Part shown: piece after piece, positions 26,500-40,612 of the stretch
Numbering within the stretch: the stretch's first letter is position 1
How the letters are laid out: each line of letters begins with the position of its first letter
Source of the DNA: Epiperipatus broadwayi
Taxonomy: Eukaryota > Animalia > Onychophora
Length of the DNA: 64,000 bases
Assembly: GCA_028023455.1 (NCBI GenBank)
Contig: JAQFVV010000001.1
Span: 13,392,001 to 13,456,000, forward strand
Direction of reading: 5' to 3'
Position numbers and translations under genes: made by a program
Notes under the pieces: generated by a model
Database searches by the model: none
Seen by the model: only the letters and a program-made list of their open reading frames with translations
What the model was told of the DNA's origin: nothing

Positions 26500-27455
26500 G
26501 TATTTTCTTTTAAAATTATGTATTATGGATCATATTTGAAAAAGAAGCATAGAAGATTAATTTATGTAATGAAGTTATGAAAATAATAATTGTGAGTTGT
26601 TTTTTTTTTTTTTTTGAAAGAGAGAGAGATAGAGAGAAGTAGTATGCATAAAAGAATATGCACCTACAAATGATATTGGGAATGAGATAAAAAATAAATT
26701 TTGGAACTTATCTGAAATAATAGAAAAAATGCCAAGAAAAAAAAAATGTAAGTAAAAAGGAAAGATTATGAAAACATAATGATAAGATTAAAATTGACTG
26801 ATATAACTATGTGATCAACTAAACCTTAAAATAATTACTACATTTTTTAACATAAAGCAATATATTAAGTCATGTGGATAAAAACACCAAATCACTTTTA
26901 ATTGATTACTGATTATGTCATTATAAGAAAGAAGCTCAATTAGGATTCATGATATAAAGTATGCTGGTGAGCACTATTTGCTGAGGTCCATGGAAGAGTA
27001 AAGAGAAAAGAGCGAGTAAAAGATTGATTCCTCTTCAGAGAAAGTTATAAATGATTGCTTAAATAAAAATGAGAAGTAATTATAAGAACATTGTGGCAAT
27101 TCAGAAGAAATTTATTATTGTATTAAAAAAATTAAGAAGGTAGTATATGAAATTTTGGGATTGAATAATAAAATGAAGAGTAAAACTTGAATGATAAAGG
27201 ATATTTCGGAGAAAGTGGATTTAAAAAAAAAAGCATATTAAAGATGGATTGGTTCACAGAAGGTAGAACATAGGGAAATTTGTAGAAAAATAATTTAATG
27301 AACTAAGAAAAGTTGTGAGAACAGAAAAAAATGAAGTGTGCAGAAATTGAACAGAATTAAAATTTCAGTGATCGATATACATGGGGAGATGGTGATAAAG
27401 ATTTGAGAAAAGAGCAATATCATAGGATGAAAATGACTTATGATTGGAATATATA
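26500..27455 (+). mobile_element. Old RTE-like LINE, 5' part (interrupted at 27463)
   Basis: Purine-rich degenerate coding sequence. The reading continues on the far side of the inverted-repeat element (..W../..KLLNEE). Left boundary approximate. Confidence 0.5.
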
Positions 27456-27462
27456 TATATAT

Positions 27463-29885
27463 TGTAATGAGCACATACGACGTTACATTATTTTTTTATT
27501 AGTAAACATGAAAAAAATAAAAGTTCGCAAATAAAACTTCCTTTTAAAGAATTAAAATTTGAAAATTAAAATTCTATACTAAACTCATATATATATATAA
27601 AATCGCACAGATAAAAAAAAAATTATTAAAAAGAAACGTTATTAAAAAAAAAGAAAAAAGTATTTTAAAACTAAATTGTCAGTAAAGATTTAAAGATAAA
27701 AATATATCTTTAAGTTGGAAAACACATTAATTAATCAGAAAATGGAAATGATTGTTTTAATTAGTTAAATGTAAACTACCCTGGGGCATTTAAAATGTAT
27801 AAGCAAAGGTCAGATAGGAGAGAAAAACAATGGAATCGGACCTCAGCGAAAGGACCATCACATCGATGATGTAATGTCCATTGGATCCTTAAGTTACGTA
27901 TAAAAGAAAAAATTTGGAAATAGAAAGTGATTTGATTTAATTAATTAGAAGACGGAGATGTGTTAAGTCGGAGAGTTGGAGGTGAAGGGATTGAAAGACG
28001 CACTTTCAATTCCTTCAGTTGTTATAAAAAAAAAAAGAAATGAAACATCGCTTTTCTTATACTGAGGACAACAGGATCAATGGGGGATTTAACGTGGATT
28101 CCAAACGGCATGCCATGGATAAAGAGGAACGTTTTAAAAATTGTAATAACTTTAAAAACATTTTGAAACACTAAGAACTTTAAAATATAAACTTTCTCAG
28201 TATTTAATTTATAAGAAATAGAATCCTATCTGACCAACATTATTTATAAATTAGTTATAATTTTATTTGATGTATTTCTTTTTTGTAAAATCATTTCCAT
28301 TTATTTTTTTTTGTTCTTTAAATTTTCTTTATGATTTTTGTTTTGCGATAAATTAAATTATATAAATGTTAAACTTAAGTCGGACGTGAATGGCTATCAT
28401 CATCATCATCATCAACCATTATCAATCCACTGCAGGATGAAGGTCTCTCCAAGTTTAATCCATCTTCTCCGATCTTTAGCTTCTCTTCTCCACAACACCC
28501 CTGCACATTGTCTTATTTCATCCATCCATCTCACATGTGGTCTCTTTCTGGGTCTTTTACAATCTCTTGGAATCCAGTTTAAAATTTCAATTGTCCATCT
28601 ATTATCATCTCTTCTAGCAATATGTCCAGCCCAACTCCATTTCAATCTTTTAATTTTTTCAATAAGGTCAGTAACACCTGTTTGTTGTCTTAACCATACA
28701 TTGCATTTTCGATCTCTTCTTGTTACTCCCAACATACATCTCTCCATACTCTTTTGAGTGGTCTGAAGTCTCTGTATTGCTCTTCTATTAAGTAAGAACT
28801 GGTAAAACACATTTGTTAAAAACCATCCTTTTCAAACACATAGGCATATTTCCTTTTAGTATCAAGTTATTTCTACCAAAAGCACTCCAACCAAGTAGAT
28901 TTGTAAAGTTATATTAGGGGAGGGTAATCTTAGGTTATTTGTTTCGTAGTTAAATTGGGTCAATGGATTGGATATATTGGTGTAATTAGTAGATGTAGTA
29001 CGAGATTCGCTACGGGCAGAATCGCTTTATATGCCGCATACTTCCTTTTTGGCCTATGGAATGCGAGTCGTAAGTCGGCAAAATGACTGCAGTCCTTTCC
29101 TATGGAGTTTTTTTTTTATTGCTCTTCTTGTCAGATAGATGTAGTATTCCTATCTGATGAGAGGCAATTTTTTTTTCTTATAAATTAAATACTGAGAAAG
29201 TTTATATTTTAAAGTTCTTATGATTTTTAAAACGTTCATCTTTATCCATTGCATGCCGTTTGGAATCCATGTTAAATCCCCCAATGATCCTGTTGTCCTC
29301 AGTATAAGAAAAGCGATGTTTCATTTCTTTTTTTTATAATAACTGAAGGAATTGAAAGTGCATCTTTCAATTCCTTCACCTCCAACTTAACACATCTCCG
29401 TCTTCTAATTAATTAAACCAAATCACTTTTTATTTCCAAATTTTTTCTTTTATACATAACTTAAGGATCCAATGGACATTACGTCATCGATGTGATGGTC
29501 CTTTTGCTGAGGTCCGATTCCATTGTTTTTCTCTTGTATCTGACCTTTGCTTATACATTTTAAATGCCCCAGGGTAGTTTACATTTAACTAATTAAAACA
29601 TTAATTTCCATTTTCTGATTAATTAATGTGTTTTCCAACTTAAAGATATATTTTTATCTTTAAATCTTTACTGACAATTTAGTTTTAAAATACTTTTTTC
29701 TTCTTTTTTAATGTTTCTTTTTAATAATTTTTTTTTTATCTGTGCGATTTTATATATATATGAGTTTAGTATAGAATTTTAATTTTCAATTTTTAATTCT
29801 TTAAAAGGAAATTTTATTTGCGAACTTTTATTTTTTTCATGTTTACTAATAAAAAAATAATGTAACATCGTATGTGCTCGTTACA
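27463..29885. mobile_element. Non-autonomous element with very long inverted arms (~27463-28217 and ~29174-29885), TGT...ACA termini and ATAT flanks
   Basis: Arms are near-identical reverse complements. Termini are TGTAATGAGCACATACG and CGTATGTGCTCGTTACA, with ATAT on both sides. Confidence 0.9.
28398..28890 (-). mobile_element. 5'-truncated RTE-clade LINE 3' end with (TGA)n tail
   Basis: ORF 28412-28810 contains KWSWAGHIARRDDNRWT...WIPRDCKRPRKRPHVRWMD. GWSAFG...KRMVFNKCVLPVLT lies upstream in another frame. (CAT)n tail at 28398-28413. Confidence 0.92.
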
Positions 29886-29889
29886 ATAT

Positions 29890-31170
29890 ATATATAATAA
29901 GAAACTCTTAAATGAAGAAAAAAAGACATGCTATATTATGACAGACAGAAATTGAAGGGTTCAATATTTGAGATTAGATAAAAAAATATATTGAGGAAGG
30001 TTTGATCTAGAAAAAATGGCAATGTGCATGGTATAGAGCAGAAAATACCATGAAAGATATTTTTGAGATATATGTTATAAAACTTTAAGAAAGGAAACAG
30101 AAATAAATGTGTGAACATTGGGAAAAATTGGAAGGAATCATTTGAAAATATAGATTGAAGTATCTGAAGAACAATATGCTTTCACATTGGGAAATTCACA
30201 TGCAGATAATATATTTACAATTAGTTAATGGGGATTATTGAAATTACACATAAAATAGTAAATATGATTTTTATCATCATGGAGAAATCATGTTATAGTA
30301 TGCTTAGAAATGACTATGGAAAGAACTGAGAAAGGCAAGGATTACTAAATCTTTGATAAATATAATTTTAAGGAATATATAAACAAAATAAATGTCAAGT
30401 AAAGATATGTAGGAATTATCACACGAATTTATAAAAAAAAATTATTTCAGGAATGTTGTATGTCCAAAATCTATATTAATATTAATGACTTAAAAGCAAT
30501 GGACAAATGAATATAAAAAGTGGATATGGTTATGTAATAATAGATATTTATTCAATTTATTATTTGCAGATAACCAGGTAATTATACTATTGGATATTGA
30601 ATATATTATGAGACAACTTATATAGGAATATATCAAATAGAAATTAAATTTTAACTTTGAAAATACAGAACATTTGGTACCTAAAGAAAATGATGGATTG
30701 ATTATAGATGTAAAAAAAAAATGAAAGTTTACCATTTTTAATATTTAAAATCAATTGGTTATATATTGATAAAAATGAATAGATGTATGTGATACACTGG
30801 TGATAGATTGTAGATTTATTGACAACTACAAAGAAAAGTAAACAAAGATTATTAGCAACAGAAATGGATTATTGGGGATTAGTGAGAAGATTAAAACTGG
30901 AGAAAAGCCCAAACCAAGAGAGAATTGGTAGGAGTGAAAAAGAAAGTCATTGAAAGAAAGAAATGCTATCATGTTAGAAGAATAAGAACAAAATACCAAG
31001 AATGATGATTGATTGGAAAATGGAGGGAGTGAAAAGAGGAAGACCAAGGACATGATAAAAAGAAGATCTAAAAAACAGCATGAGGATAAAAGGGTCTGAC
31101 AAAGAAAGATTTAGAAAATACAGGAAATTTTTGGTTGAGAATGCTAACAATGAGGAATCATGAAGTTGAA
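29890..31170 (+). mobile_element. Old RTE-like LINE, RT and 3' part
   Basis: Remnant motifs occur in the expected order: KLLNEE, NG..G, IFTI, ADNQVI (ADD-like), IPRMMIDWKMEGVKRGRPRT. Confidence 0.65.
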
Positions 31171-31920
31171 TGATGTAACTACAATAGAATTGCAGTATTA
31201 TTTATAGCCATATGATTTCTATGTATAATAATTTGTGACATTCCACTTAAATTTTTTTTGCATAACTACAGTCATCATTAACAAGCACTGCTAAACAAAG
31301 ATGACCATTACAATTTAATTAGAAAAAAAGTAAAAAGTTAAAGGTGAATTTTGTAAAGACTATAGAAATTAATACAATGAATGCAAATATATCCACATAT
31401 ATAATATGCTCAGTGTTTAACTAGATTTTTCTCAAACTTTATCAAAATTTGTTTGTGCTACCTTGCCATAACATTATCTTGGGGTTTTTTAAAAAATTAA
31501 AACATTAATGCAAAACTAAAATATATTTATTTTAAGAATAAATTTTTAACATTGTAATCAGCTAACATGTTTATAATATTTTTTACATTAAGAGATGTAA
31601 CAATTTTGTTTTGGCAGATGATGTGTATAAATCAGATAGTTTAATTTACTTCATAAAACTCCTTAATTTTTTTTATTTTTTTTAGTTAGAAATTGATCAT
31701 TTATCGTCTATTACAGTTATCAATAAAAGTTGAAAATAGATTACTGCATTGCAAATTTCTTTAAATGAGGACCTTAAAAAATTAAGACTATCAGATCTAA
31801 AGTGTACAACATATAGAAATTTTGTTTCTAAATAAATTAAGTAATATACATAATGATAAAGTAATTTTTTTATTTAAAAATCAGTATTATATGTATGCCG
31901 AATTTTTTTTTCCAATTAAT

Positions 31921-31941
31921 TCATTTTCAGGTAAAGTGAGT
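31921..31941 (+). promoter_or_regulatory. Candidate recursive splice site or 5-nt microexon (TTTTCAG|GTAAA|GTGAGT)
   Basis: A polypyrimidine tract plus CAG is immediately followed by GTAAAG and GTGAGT, inside the long intron. Confidence 0.3.
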
Positions 31942-32699
31942 AATATTTTTAAAAATATAAAAGAAAATATATTAAATGTTTCATTTAATCCTTTGAAATA
32001 ATTTTAATTTATATTATTATCAAATGGTGAGTAGTAAATGTATTCACTTTAAAATGAGAAGTTCAGCATCCATAATTGTTTTATCTTCAGAAAGTCTACC
32101 AGAATGCCATATCAATGTTTGTTGATAAACATTATATATATATTTCAATTGTTTTGATGACATATATGATCAATCTAGGAGAGAGTCGGTACAACCTGTT
32201 TAAACTCCTAGTTGGCTCTTAAGATGTTCGGACACCAGCAGTTTGCACTTGAAGTTACACCAGTTAACTGAAATCCATAGGCACAGATAGAACTCCAAAA
32301 ATCAAGTGGTCTCATTATCATTTAAAACTTAGCGCTGTAATTATTCTTTAATTTCTGGAGATGATTGGCTGATTACTATACATCCAATCAGGTTATTCTT
32401 TTCCTTGCTTGAAGGTAATTAATTATTCCTTTACTTTAAATATTGATTTTGTAGATTGTCATTATCGAAAAGAATCTACTTAGCATTCCATAATTTGCTT
32501 CAACAATCTACTGTGTTAATTAAACTATTGTTTCATTCTAGCTTTTAATCTTTTTAATTAACTATTATAGCTTTTAATTTCAACTTACAAGAATGTATCT
32601 TTAATATTTTTGTTTATAACTTTTTCTCTCTCTGAAAGTTTCTACATTTGTGTGTATATATATATGTATAAAAATATCAAATACACATACACAGTCTTA

Positions 32700-34690
32700 C
32701 TTCCCCTGAGTTCAGAGATCAGTTCATAATCTCTGAACTTAATACATAGTCTTTGAAATGAGGGGGTTTCTTGATTTCCCTTTTAGGCCATGGTGGATTA
32801 TTTTCTGCTTCAATTGGTGTGTTGTCTTTCTGATGTTGGTTGTTGATCTCCGCTGATTTGCCTAGGTTGGGCATTATCTCATCTGTTTCATCTTTGCACA
32901 GCTGGATGATATGTTTGTGAAGTATTTCCCCACTACTCATCCAAACTGCAATCACTTGTTTCGACAAATGACATATAACTTCAGCTTTTGACTAAAACAT
33001 ATTATTGGTGATATTCTTAACCCACACTTTTTCCTGTAGCTGATATTTGTAGTTTTTGTGGGTATCGGCTTAATGATAGTCTTTATCCCTAATCGGCACA
33101 ATGTTAGTTAATTTAGTGCACAATTTCCTACCAAGATTTTCCATATTTGGTGATAGGCACCACATGATGATAGAGAAGTGCAGTCAACACTGTCTTGTGA
33201 ATTTTCATTTTTCCCAATTTGTAAGATGCAGATTTAAGGGTTTGTACCACTTTCTTGGTTAATCTGTTGGATTGAGGAAGGTAGGGGGGTGAGGGTGGGT
33301 TTTATCCCCCATTCCTGCATTGCTTCTTCAAATTTTCATGCAGTAAAACCAGTACCATTGTCAGATACGAGTGTTTCCGGAAAGCCGTGATGTGCAAAAA
33401 AATTTGTAAAGTTTGCTTAGTGTCATATCTGACAGGTGCTATTAACTATTTTGTATTCGGTCCACCCTGAGAATGCATCAACCATTACTAAAAACACATG
33501 ACATTCGAGTGAGTCACAGTGGTCAATGTATACATGTTGCCATGGCCTTTCAGCTTTAGGCCATGGTTCAAACTTTGGTGGAGGTGCTTTAGCACAAATT
33601 TAACAGTTTTTGCACTTTTTAATATTTTAATCAATATCATTATTAATGCTGGGACACCAAACTTAACTACAAGCTAGTGCCTTTGCTCTCACAATGCCTG
33701 GATGGACCTCATGCAGCAGCTTCATGATCAGATTTTCTTCCTTTCAGTGGGATAAAAACCCTGTCACCCCTGAGAATGCATCTTTTGCATACTGATAACT
33801 CTTCACAGGCATTCCATAATTCTCAACTCAGTTGTTTCTTTGGCCATCCTTCACTAATCTGCTTTAACATCCACTGATAGCCATTGTCTTCAGGTGTCCA
33901 TGCTGCCACTGTTTTGCTATTAAGGGTTTGATTCTTCCAGACGTTGATATAATTAATTTCAATTTCTTTTAAATGTCGGTCAGATTGATCAGGCATGTGA
34001 GATAAATCATCAGCATGGCATGTTTTCCTTTTTTATATATTAATATATAGTCATACCCTGCCAATATGGTTAGCCAATGCTACATGCAAGGGCTTAGATG
34101 ATTGGGAATTTGTTTAGCTCCTAATATTTCCTATAGGGGTTTGTGATCCATTACTATTGTAAATGTCTGGCCATAGAGATATTGATGAAATTTTTTGACA
34201 CCAAACAAAATTGCCAAGGCCTCCTTGTCTAACTGGTTATAATTTCTCTCCACCTTGGACAAAGTGTGGGATGCATAAGCAATAGAACATTCACCCTCCC
34301 AAGCCGGGAGACACAGGTCAACTCCGACTCCAAATTTCTGACGCATCTGTGGCAAGCATAATTTCTAAATTGCTGTTATAATGTATGAGCAATTTATTTG
34401 AAGTAAGCAGTGATTTAGTGTGTAGAAAAGCTTTTTCCTGCTTATCTTCTTACTTCCATTTGTTTCTTTTTAAGAAGATCATACACTGGTCTAATGACAT
34501 GGGCTTTTCCATCTAGAAAATTTTTGAAATAGTTGACTAGGCTGAGAAAAGCTTGGAGTTTTTTCACATTATGCAGTCTCTATGTCTCTGCAACAGCTTT
34601 AACTTTCTCGGGGGCAGGAGATGAGCTGTTTTTGGGGATGATATGGCCGAATTCATCCATTAATTATTTCATTTGCAGTCTTTGATATAC
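32700..34690 (-). mobile_element. Decayed Ty3/Gypsy pol (RT end, RNase H, integrase) with polypurine tract
   Basis: RNase H-like AYASHTLSKVERNYNQLDKEALAILFGVKKFHQYLYG..MDHKPL; integrase PWPKAERPWQHVYIDH..LVMVDAFSGW and GFPETLVSDNG; C-terminal KREIKKPPHFKDY followed by AGGGGAAG. Confidence 0.9.
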
Positions 34691-37600
34691 CTAATTATGT
34701 TACTGCATATGCTGTTCTTTTAGTCTGTTTACTTATCTTATCATGCCATTTTTAGCTTTTTCCTAAGCAAATCTTTTTTCTTTTTGAAAAACTTCTATGC
34801 CATGCCTAATTATAATTTTCCATTGTATTGCATTCTTATCCATTTCTTCTTAACAAAATTAAACATTATTGCATCTAATTAGGAAATCTTTAAAATAATC
34901 TTAATATAAATGTTTTCTACTTTTTCACAACAACTACTTCCCCAGTTTTCAATAAAATAATTACAGTATTTAGTTAATCTGTTTATTCATTTACTTCATT
35001 TATCTAATCCAACGAAAATGTATCATTACGATAATAGATTTAATATCTCCATATCTAATAAGCTGAAGAACATTTAGATTGGTCTTATAATCTCATCACT
35101 GTAGTTTTAGAAAATTCTAGAGCATTCTTAAATGAAATTTATACAATGCTATTTATTGTATCACATGATCAGAGAGTTTTGCCTCTTTTATTTATTTTAT
35201 ATCAGTAGGAGTTCCATATTTTACTTTTGTACAATAAATTATATGACTAATTTGACTGAAGTACTTAATCATTCTAAAAATGTGCCATTTCATAATTTGG
35301 TAATTGCTATAGAGATCATTGGTATATATGTTACAACATCCAAGTTAATCTTGCTATCAAAATATAAATTATTTAAATTGCTTCACATTCTCAGGCTAAT
35401 AAAAAAGTTAATGATTTTTTTTGGTTAATCACTAGCTAATAAAACAGTGTTTTTTTTTTATAATACTAATTATTAAACCAAAGGCTTTATATGTTGCAAT
35501 CACAGTACAGTATTATTTATTAATACTTAATAAAAGATATCAATACTTTTTACTACTGTATAATATACAATATATAAGTGCTCATATAATGTATGGCCTA
35601 TATTTATGCAGTACTTACAATCGACTGAAAAACAACAATCAGTAAAACAAAATGACCACATTTATTTTTAAATTTATGGTTATAAGAATAAATTAAATAA
35701 AATAAACAACATATTTTGCAATAAAATTATACATTATATATATAAAAAAACAAAGCAGAAAATTAATATTTATATATTTTTGTTCCATAAATTTAATAAC
35801 AAATGAAAAAAAAAATTTTTTTTTTATAAATCCAGTTTTGCAATATCGGCTCCAATTTCAGTGATTACATTTTTTTCACATGTTGAAATGTGATTCAATT
35901 TTAAACTTATTTGCTGTGAATGATTTTCTTAAGCAATTTCATTTAACCTAATATCTGTGTTTTTACTTAAAATACTTTTTGCCATGAATTGTTTTGCATT
36001 TATTTACTTACTTTGTTGTTGTGTTTTTATCTATTTAATATACAATTTTTATTGCAAAGTATGTTATTTTCTTTAATATATATTCACATCCAAAAATTCA
36101 AAAACAAATGGGGATATTTTATTTTTGTAATTTGTTTTTTGGCTGTTGTTGTTCAATAGTAAGTTAAAATTGTTTATTTAGACTATAGATTATATAAGCA
36201 CTCTCTATATAAATATTTTTTAAGCTAAATAATTTTTTTTTAAAGTTATAATTATTTTTGTATAGCACAATTTATATATTATATTTAAGCACAAGTTTAA
36301 ATGTTGTAGTTAATTTGTATTCTTTTTTTGATTATTTTTTGATAGTATAATGATGATTTGATACTCCATTGGTGAGATATCATTTATTTGTCCTGAATGT
36401 CTTAATGCAATGTTGGATTGCTAGATTTGTGAGCTAAAGATAGATAGATAGATAATTATCTATTGCTAAATAATATATGACTCAGAAAATGATGTAGTTC
36501 AGCAGTTACCTGTTTGAAACTTAATTTGTCATGCTTGATGCCCTATTAATTATATGAAATACTAAGTATTGTTTTTTACTAAGATATTCGAAGATTATAA
36601 AATATTTTAAATTTATGGGAATATATATATAATTTTCACAAGAAGCAATTGTAATTGTTTATTTTTATGCAAACCTTTGATAAATAATTAGTTTGGGGAA
36701 TTACAATGTATTGTAAATACAGGGAAAGCTATAATTGCTTTTTGTATAGTATTAAAAATCTCAAGATTATATAAATATCAGTTACATTTCAGGAAGTGTG
36801 ATCTAATTAGCCAAAACTATCTCCCATTAGATACCTGTATAACTAAATTATTCTTAGTCATCTAAATTTCTTCTATATAAAAATAATAACCTTTATTCAG
36901 AAAACAAGTCTTTTATCCTTTTATTGTCTGGTCCCTAAGCAGTGATGTCCCAAAATATAAATAATATTTATTTATATAAGTATTGAGATTATATACTATT
37001 ATTTGCTTTCTGTATGTTGAGACTAGGAATTATTTAAATCTATAATTTTCTTATTTTAAGAGAAAGTTTTATTAATTATCAAATGATAATTTAATTCTGA
37101 ATTTCTGAACCAATAAATATTTTAAACAGCCATGTGGTTCATTTCAATTAATTACATTATTTGTCAAATATTTCTTTGTTAAAATTAAAAACGGTATTAC
37201 ATGCAATTAAAAGACTGATATGTGTGAACAGCGTCTGCAAAGATTCTTGAAGGGAGAAAGAGTAAATAATGTCGTACTGACAAATTTATATATTATAAAA
37301 TAATATTTTTTTTTTTACAATTAGATATGAAAAACATCATTAGTTATTATTTGTTTTACTGAAATTCTGAGACCTTTTTACTAAATCACTATTTCTAACT
37401 CTGTTTTATTACAGAAATTTATTATCTTCACACTGACATATTTATGTTTAAAATTTTAACAAATAGTAGTAAAAATTTTACACTCCCATTCTATTATAAC
37501 TAAAATAAGGAGGTTTATTAACATATAACAATTTAAATTTATTTCATTTACACAAAAAAAATATTATTATAAATGTTTTACATACATTTCTACTATTTTA

Positions 37601-40600
37601 TGATATCAAATTAAATAACACTTTCCCATGTTCCCATAGTAGATATATATCATAACATGAACAAATTTTTTATAATTTATAAAACAATAAATAAAATTTT
37701 ATATAAAATTTATAATAATATTAACTAGCTAAATTTAATTTAAACAATATATGTATAAATGATAATCTTATATTATCCAATCTTTGTGAAGGAATTCCAA
37801 TTTTATGAGACCCCTTTCTATGTGTGGTCATTATTATGAAATAAAAGACCTTTCATGCAAGAATATTAATCATTTACACAAAGAATAATAAACAAATATT
37901 GCTATATAAATTAGGTTAGTAATAAACAAAATATATGTCCTGTCATGAATGAATTTAATATGAAGAACAATAAAATCTTACCTCCGTATTAAGTCTACTT
38001 ATTTACCTTGGTCAAGTCACTTTTACAGGAAAGACCTAAATTTTATTAAATAAAAAAATTTTAACTCAATGATCTTTCCATTTCTCTTCATCTAATAACT
38101 TTCTTAAATGGACTATTTCAATGTAAACAGATTTTAGAAGCAAAGGAATAAAATTAGTTTTCTGAAGTTGATAACCCACAAAGATAATTCGATGATATCA
38201 TCCTATTCCTGTCCATAATGAGATTAATAATGTTAATTAAAGATAGTTCTTTATTTTTCAGTCATCAACCATCAATGAGGTAGTCAGCATACTCTTAGTT
38301 CAGAATTCCTTCTCTCGTGTGATATTAACATCTTCCACAAATTATTTCACTATCAATTGAAATTTTATTTTAAATTATATAGATGAAGTATGCATATATT
38401 TTAGGCATTTCTGTAGGAATAAGTAATTACATTTTCAATTAAAACAATAGCACTTGATCCTATGGCAAGTGATCTTTACTCATGACCCATTTTCTATACT
38501 TATTATCTTCTTAAAAATAATTTAGTATAAATGTTTTTTGATGAAATTTATATTCTTAAGAATTTCCATTTAGAATAATCTTATGAGTTTCTCTAATTAA
38601 TAAATATATATATAATTCCGTTTTGCAATTACAATTAATGATACTAAAGAGTATTTTATTTACTCTTTTTATTGAATGAGATTAGAGTTCTTTTCTAATT
38701 AATTTTTTATCAAGAAGAAAATTCATTCAAACTATTGATCCATCTTTAATATGTTTGGAATTCGAATAGAGAAAAATTACCATGCATCATAGCTAGTTCT
38801 TTGGCAAAAGATAGAATTAATTTAGAAATTGATCCAGCTTTTATAGTAAAATCAACTTTTTCATTTCATGATTTCATATTCAATTATTGTTGAAATTATT
38901 ATAATTAATAACTATATAATTGAATTCTAATTTTTATTTCCTTTGTGTTCAGTTGCTAAGATGTGACTTGACCTAACATTATCTCTATGTTTGACATCAT
39001 GATTAATGATTTTAGTCAACTAAAATAATCATTATATATATATATATGATTTAAAAAATAATCATTTTAGTATTTATTTTAATTTAAAACAACTATTTAT
39101 TTAAATGGTCTTTTGTTGTCAATATTTTTATAATTTAATCTTTAAGTTATATATATTTATATGTATATATTTTAATGTAAAAGGATAATGTATATACATA
39201 TATGTATGTGAGTAGTTTTATGTACTCTCACAATATATATATATATATAAAGTTTTATCTTATGTTCATGTTATAAATTCTGAAAATAATACTTGATTAT
39301 TTATAGAAATCAAAGCAAATTATTAATTAAAAATAGAATGCAATATATTAATCCTGGACTAATAGAATTTGTTGGAAATATCATAACTCTATCCATTGTT
39401 TCATATAGTTCACGAACAAATGTTTACATGTATGAGTTTACATGTGCTGTACAACTTTTCTGCTACTAATCAATTTTTGTTCAAAATATAGTATGCTATA
39501 TATAAATATTAAATATTTTTTTAATAATCTAATAATATATTATTGAAATTTTTTTCTATAATTCATTATTATATTATGAAAAAATATTATAGTTTAGGTC
39601 TGAATATTGCTTAGTTTATTTAATAAGACATTTTGATGTATTTGAAATTAAGATATTTTTAAAATTGAAATCATCCAGATGTGACCTCGTTCTGTTTTTT
39701 TTTATCAATTTCATTGTTGAAATTTTTTGTAAAAAATAAAACTGCATTACAAAGACATAAGACAAACAAATAATTATTAGATTAATTATCAAACTTAGGC
39801 AAGTATAAAATGACTATTTACAGAGTAAATGCAGAACTTTTTTTTTTTTTTTTTGAATCACTGAATTTGAATTTTTGGTAAAAAAATTTTTTTGACTATT
39901 AATAAAAAATATTTTTTGATTGCAGTATTACTTTATAAGATCTAGTCTTACTTTTTATTCTTATAAATAAGTTCTATGTACCAAGTTTAGCACATATGCT
40001 ATATGTTGGCCATTCCTGCTCTAATGTAAAGAATTTCAAAACCATAACTTGTGACAATTGTATTTCAATGAATGAGTATGTAAAGATAAAATATTGCACA
40101 TAATCTTCAGGCATTTGTAATTTCACAATGATGCATTTTATAATGACGCATATGTATATTTTAATGTGCTTTAGCATATTTTCATCTAATGCAACTTTGT
40201 ACATCATTCAGAAATATGTATTTGAATATTAAAAGTATTAGATTTTGTATTTTTTAATTTGTTATTGTAATTGGGATATTTTTATAAATATTTAACTATT
40301 AACTTTGGGGATTAATTTATCACTTATTTCTAAGTATTGTGTTTTTATGATAGATTTTTTTATACTGCACCCCCCCCCCCAAAAAAAAAAATTCTTAATT
40401 TAAAGTTTATTTTTACTAATTATTCATTATTTTCAAAAAATTAATTTACAGACATATTGTATATAATTTTGTTTTGCTGCTACCATGAATATGATGTGAA
40501 CGTGTTGAAAGTATACTTGGTACAATTAATCTTACTAAATTTTATATTTAAACTCTGTTTTAGTATTTTTTGCATTAAGATTAATATAATAATTATACTA

Positions 40601-40612
40601 TTAAATTTTCAG

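Noticed and set aside
28338-28757. 139-aa + strand ORF with a His run
   Set aside because: It is the antisense shadow of the RTE fragment; the His run is its (CAT)n tail.
29131-29165. CTGATGA as a possible hammerhead core
   Set aside because: No stem II or GAAA box follows.
32060-32560. Possible hAT transposase C-terminal remnant (MRPLDFW...TSSA)
   Set aside because: The similarity is suggestive only, needs several frameshifts, and no TIR or TSD was found.
36470-36535. Possible sixth hammerhead-like motif (CAG...CTG..TGAAAC)
   Set aside because: The core is too degenerate and there is no second copy to reconstruct from.
38040-38870. Minus-strand coding-like fragments (e.g. NEKVDFTIKAGSISKLILSFAKELAMMHG)
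   Set aside because: Short frames with stops and no recognisable family; within chance expectation.
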